NCBI GenBank assembly: GCA_013360395.1
Contig: JABWBQ010000006.1
Location: forward strand, 9,637-73,636
Origin: Flavobacteriales bacterium
GTDB lineage: Bacteria > Bacteroidota > Bacteroidia > Flavobacteriales_F > PHOS-HE28
Direction: 5' to 3'
Length of the DNA stretch: 64,000 nucleotides
Below, piece by piece: positions 63,407 through 64,000 of the stretch. The notes under the pieces were generated by a model. That model was given only the letters and a program-made list of their open reading frames with translations. It searched no databases and had not been told where the DNA came from. Position 1 is the first letter of the stretch. Each line of letters opens with the position of its first letter. A program made the position numbers and the translations under genes.

Positions 63407-64000
63407 GGAACAACCTGCTGCCGATCGCCCTGCTCTTGTCCGCGACCGTGGCCGCACAACGGCCTTCGCCCGCTCCGGCACAGTCGGGATCCATCCTGGT
63501 GAAGGGCGGCACCGTGCACGTGGGCGACGGCCGGACGTTCGACGACGGCGCCGTGGGCTTCCGCAACGGCACGATCGACTTCGTGGGTTACGAATACGCG
63601 GTGAAGGCCTCGTACGACACCGTGATCGACGCGAAGGGCATGCAGGTCTATCCGGGCCTCATCCTGCCGGACGCCACGCTGGGCCTGGTGGAGATCGACC
63701 TCGTGAGCGCCACCAACGACGAGGCCGAGACCGGCGTGATGGAACCGGAGGTGCGGGCATGCACCGCGTACAACACGGATTCCAAGATCATCCCCACGGT
63801 GCGCAGCAACGGCGTGCTGCTGGCGCAGATCACCCCGCGCGGCAACCGCATCAGCGGCACCAGTTGCATCGTGCAGCTCGATGCCTGGAGCCACGACGAC
63901 GCCGTGGTGAAGGTCGACGAAGGCGTTCATGTCAACTGGCCCCGGGCCTTCGTCCACACCGGTTGGTGGGCCGAGCAGGGCGGCACGGACAAGGTGGCGG
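63403..64000 (+). CDS. amidohydrolase family protein (5' part; continues beyond window)
   Basis: MRNNLLPIALLLSATVAAQ signal peptide; GGTVHVGDG...GLILPDATLGLVEIDL amidohydrolase N-terminal pattern; ATGA overlap with the previous gene. Confidence 0.75.
   Translation, partial: MRNNLLPIALLLSATVAAQRPSPAPAQSGSILVKGGTVHVGDGRTFDDGAVGFRNGTIDFVGYEYAVKASYDTVIDAKGMQVYPGLILPDATLGLVEIDLVSATNDEAETGVMEPEVRACTAYNTDSKIIPTVRSNGVLLAQITPRGNRISGTSCIVQLDAWSHDDAVVKVDEGVHVNWPRAFVHTGWWAEQGGTDKVA

Noticed and set aside
1-64000. CRISPR arrays, rRNA and tRNA genes
   Set aside because: No regularly spaced direct repeats with unique spacers, no rRNA-like conserved stretches and no tRNA-like structures were seen in any intergenic region.

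Overview
High-GC (about 70%) Bacteroidota-type chromosomal segment: several T9SS cargo proteins with type A or type B C-terminal sorting domains are present, and most ORF-dense high-GC frames are antisense artefacts. Start coordinates were refined from the ORF track by counting residues to the first plausible ATG, because the track translates GTG/TTG starts as M; all functions are inferred from motifs read by eye, not from searches.

Gene content, in order:
- ybdL-like aminotransferase overlapping a yafV-like omega-amidase.
- A minus-strand operon of a GAF/fRMsr protein, an Ig-like lipoprotein and two tandem paralogous giant T9SS type-B-CTD adhesins (about 1670 and 1530 aa).
- An IS30 transposase N-terminal remnant fused to a truncated T9SS type-A cargo gene.
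- comF, a divergent coiled-coil membrane protein and a 1148-aa outer-membrane beta-barrel protein.
- A core block: family-5 ABC substrate-binding lipoprotein, OmpA-family lipoprotein, DAHP synthase/chorismate mutase, an FG-GAP/UnbV T9SS protein, tauE-moeA-mobA, yejK, a beta-propeller sensor kinase with a LuxR regulator, tag and fdhD.
- A rearranged NAD-type formate dehydrogenase locus: intact fdsA and fused NuoE/F-like fdsB separated by a cupin gene, a degenerate low-GC spacer and a 38-aa histone-H1-like KKAAKK microprotein. Diverged relic fragments of an FdsA-like N-terminus and C-terminus flank the intact fdsA, with a DUF433/DUF5615 pair beside it.
- A diheme cytochrome c gene.
- A MOSC-yhhQ-GNAT operon with 4-nt overlaps.
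- A MORN/YwqK-repeat protein and a 1097-aa secreted protein.
- PBP1A.
- hflX, co-transcribed with a cytochrome c lipoprotein and a membrane protein; a RelE/antitoxin cassette is inserted at its 3' end between roughly 120-bp direct repeats that duplicate the hflX 3' end.
- Tandem amidohydrolases.

A roughly 160-bp dispersed element with 13-bp terminal inverted repeats occurs twice (MITE-like or structured RNA). No rRNA, tRNA or CRISPR array was seen.
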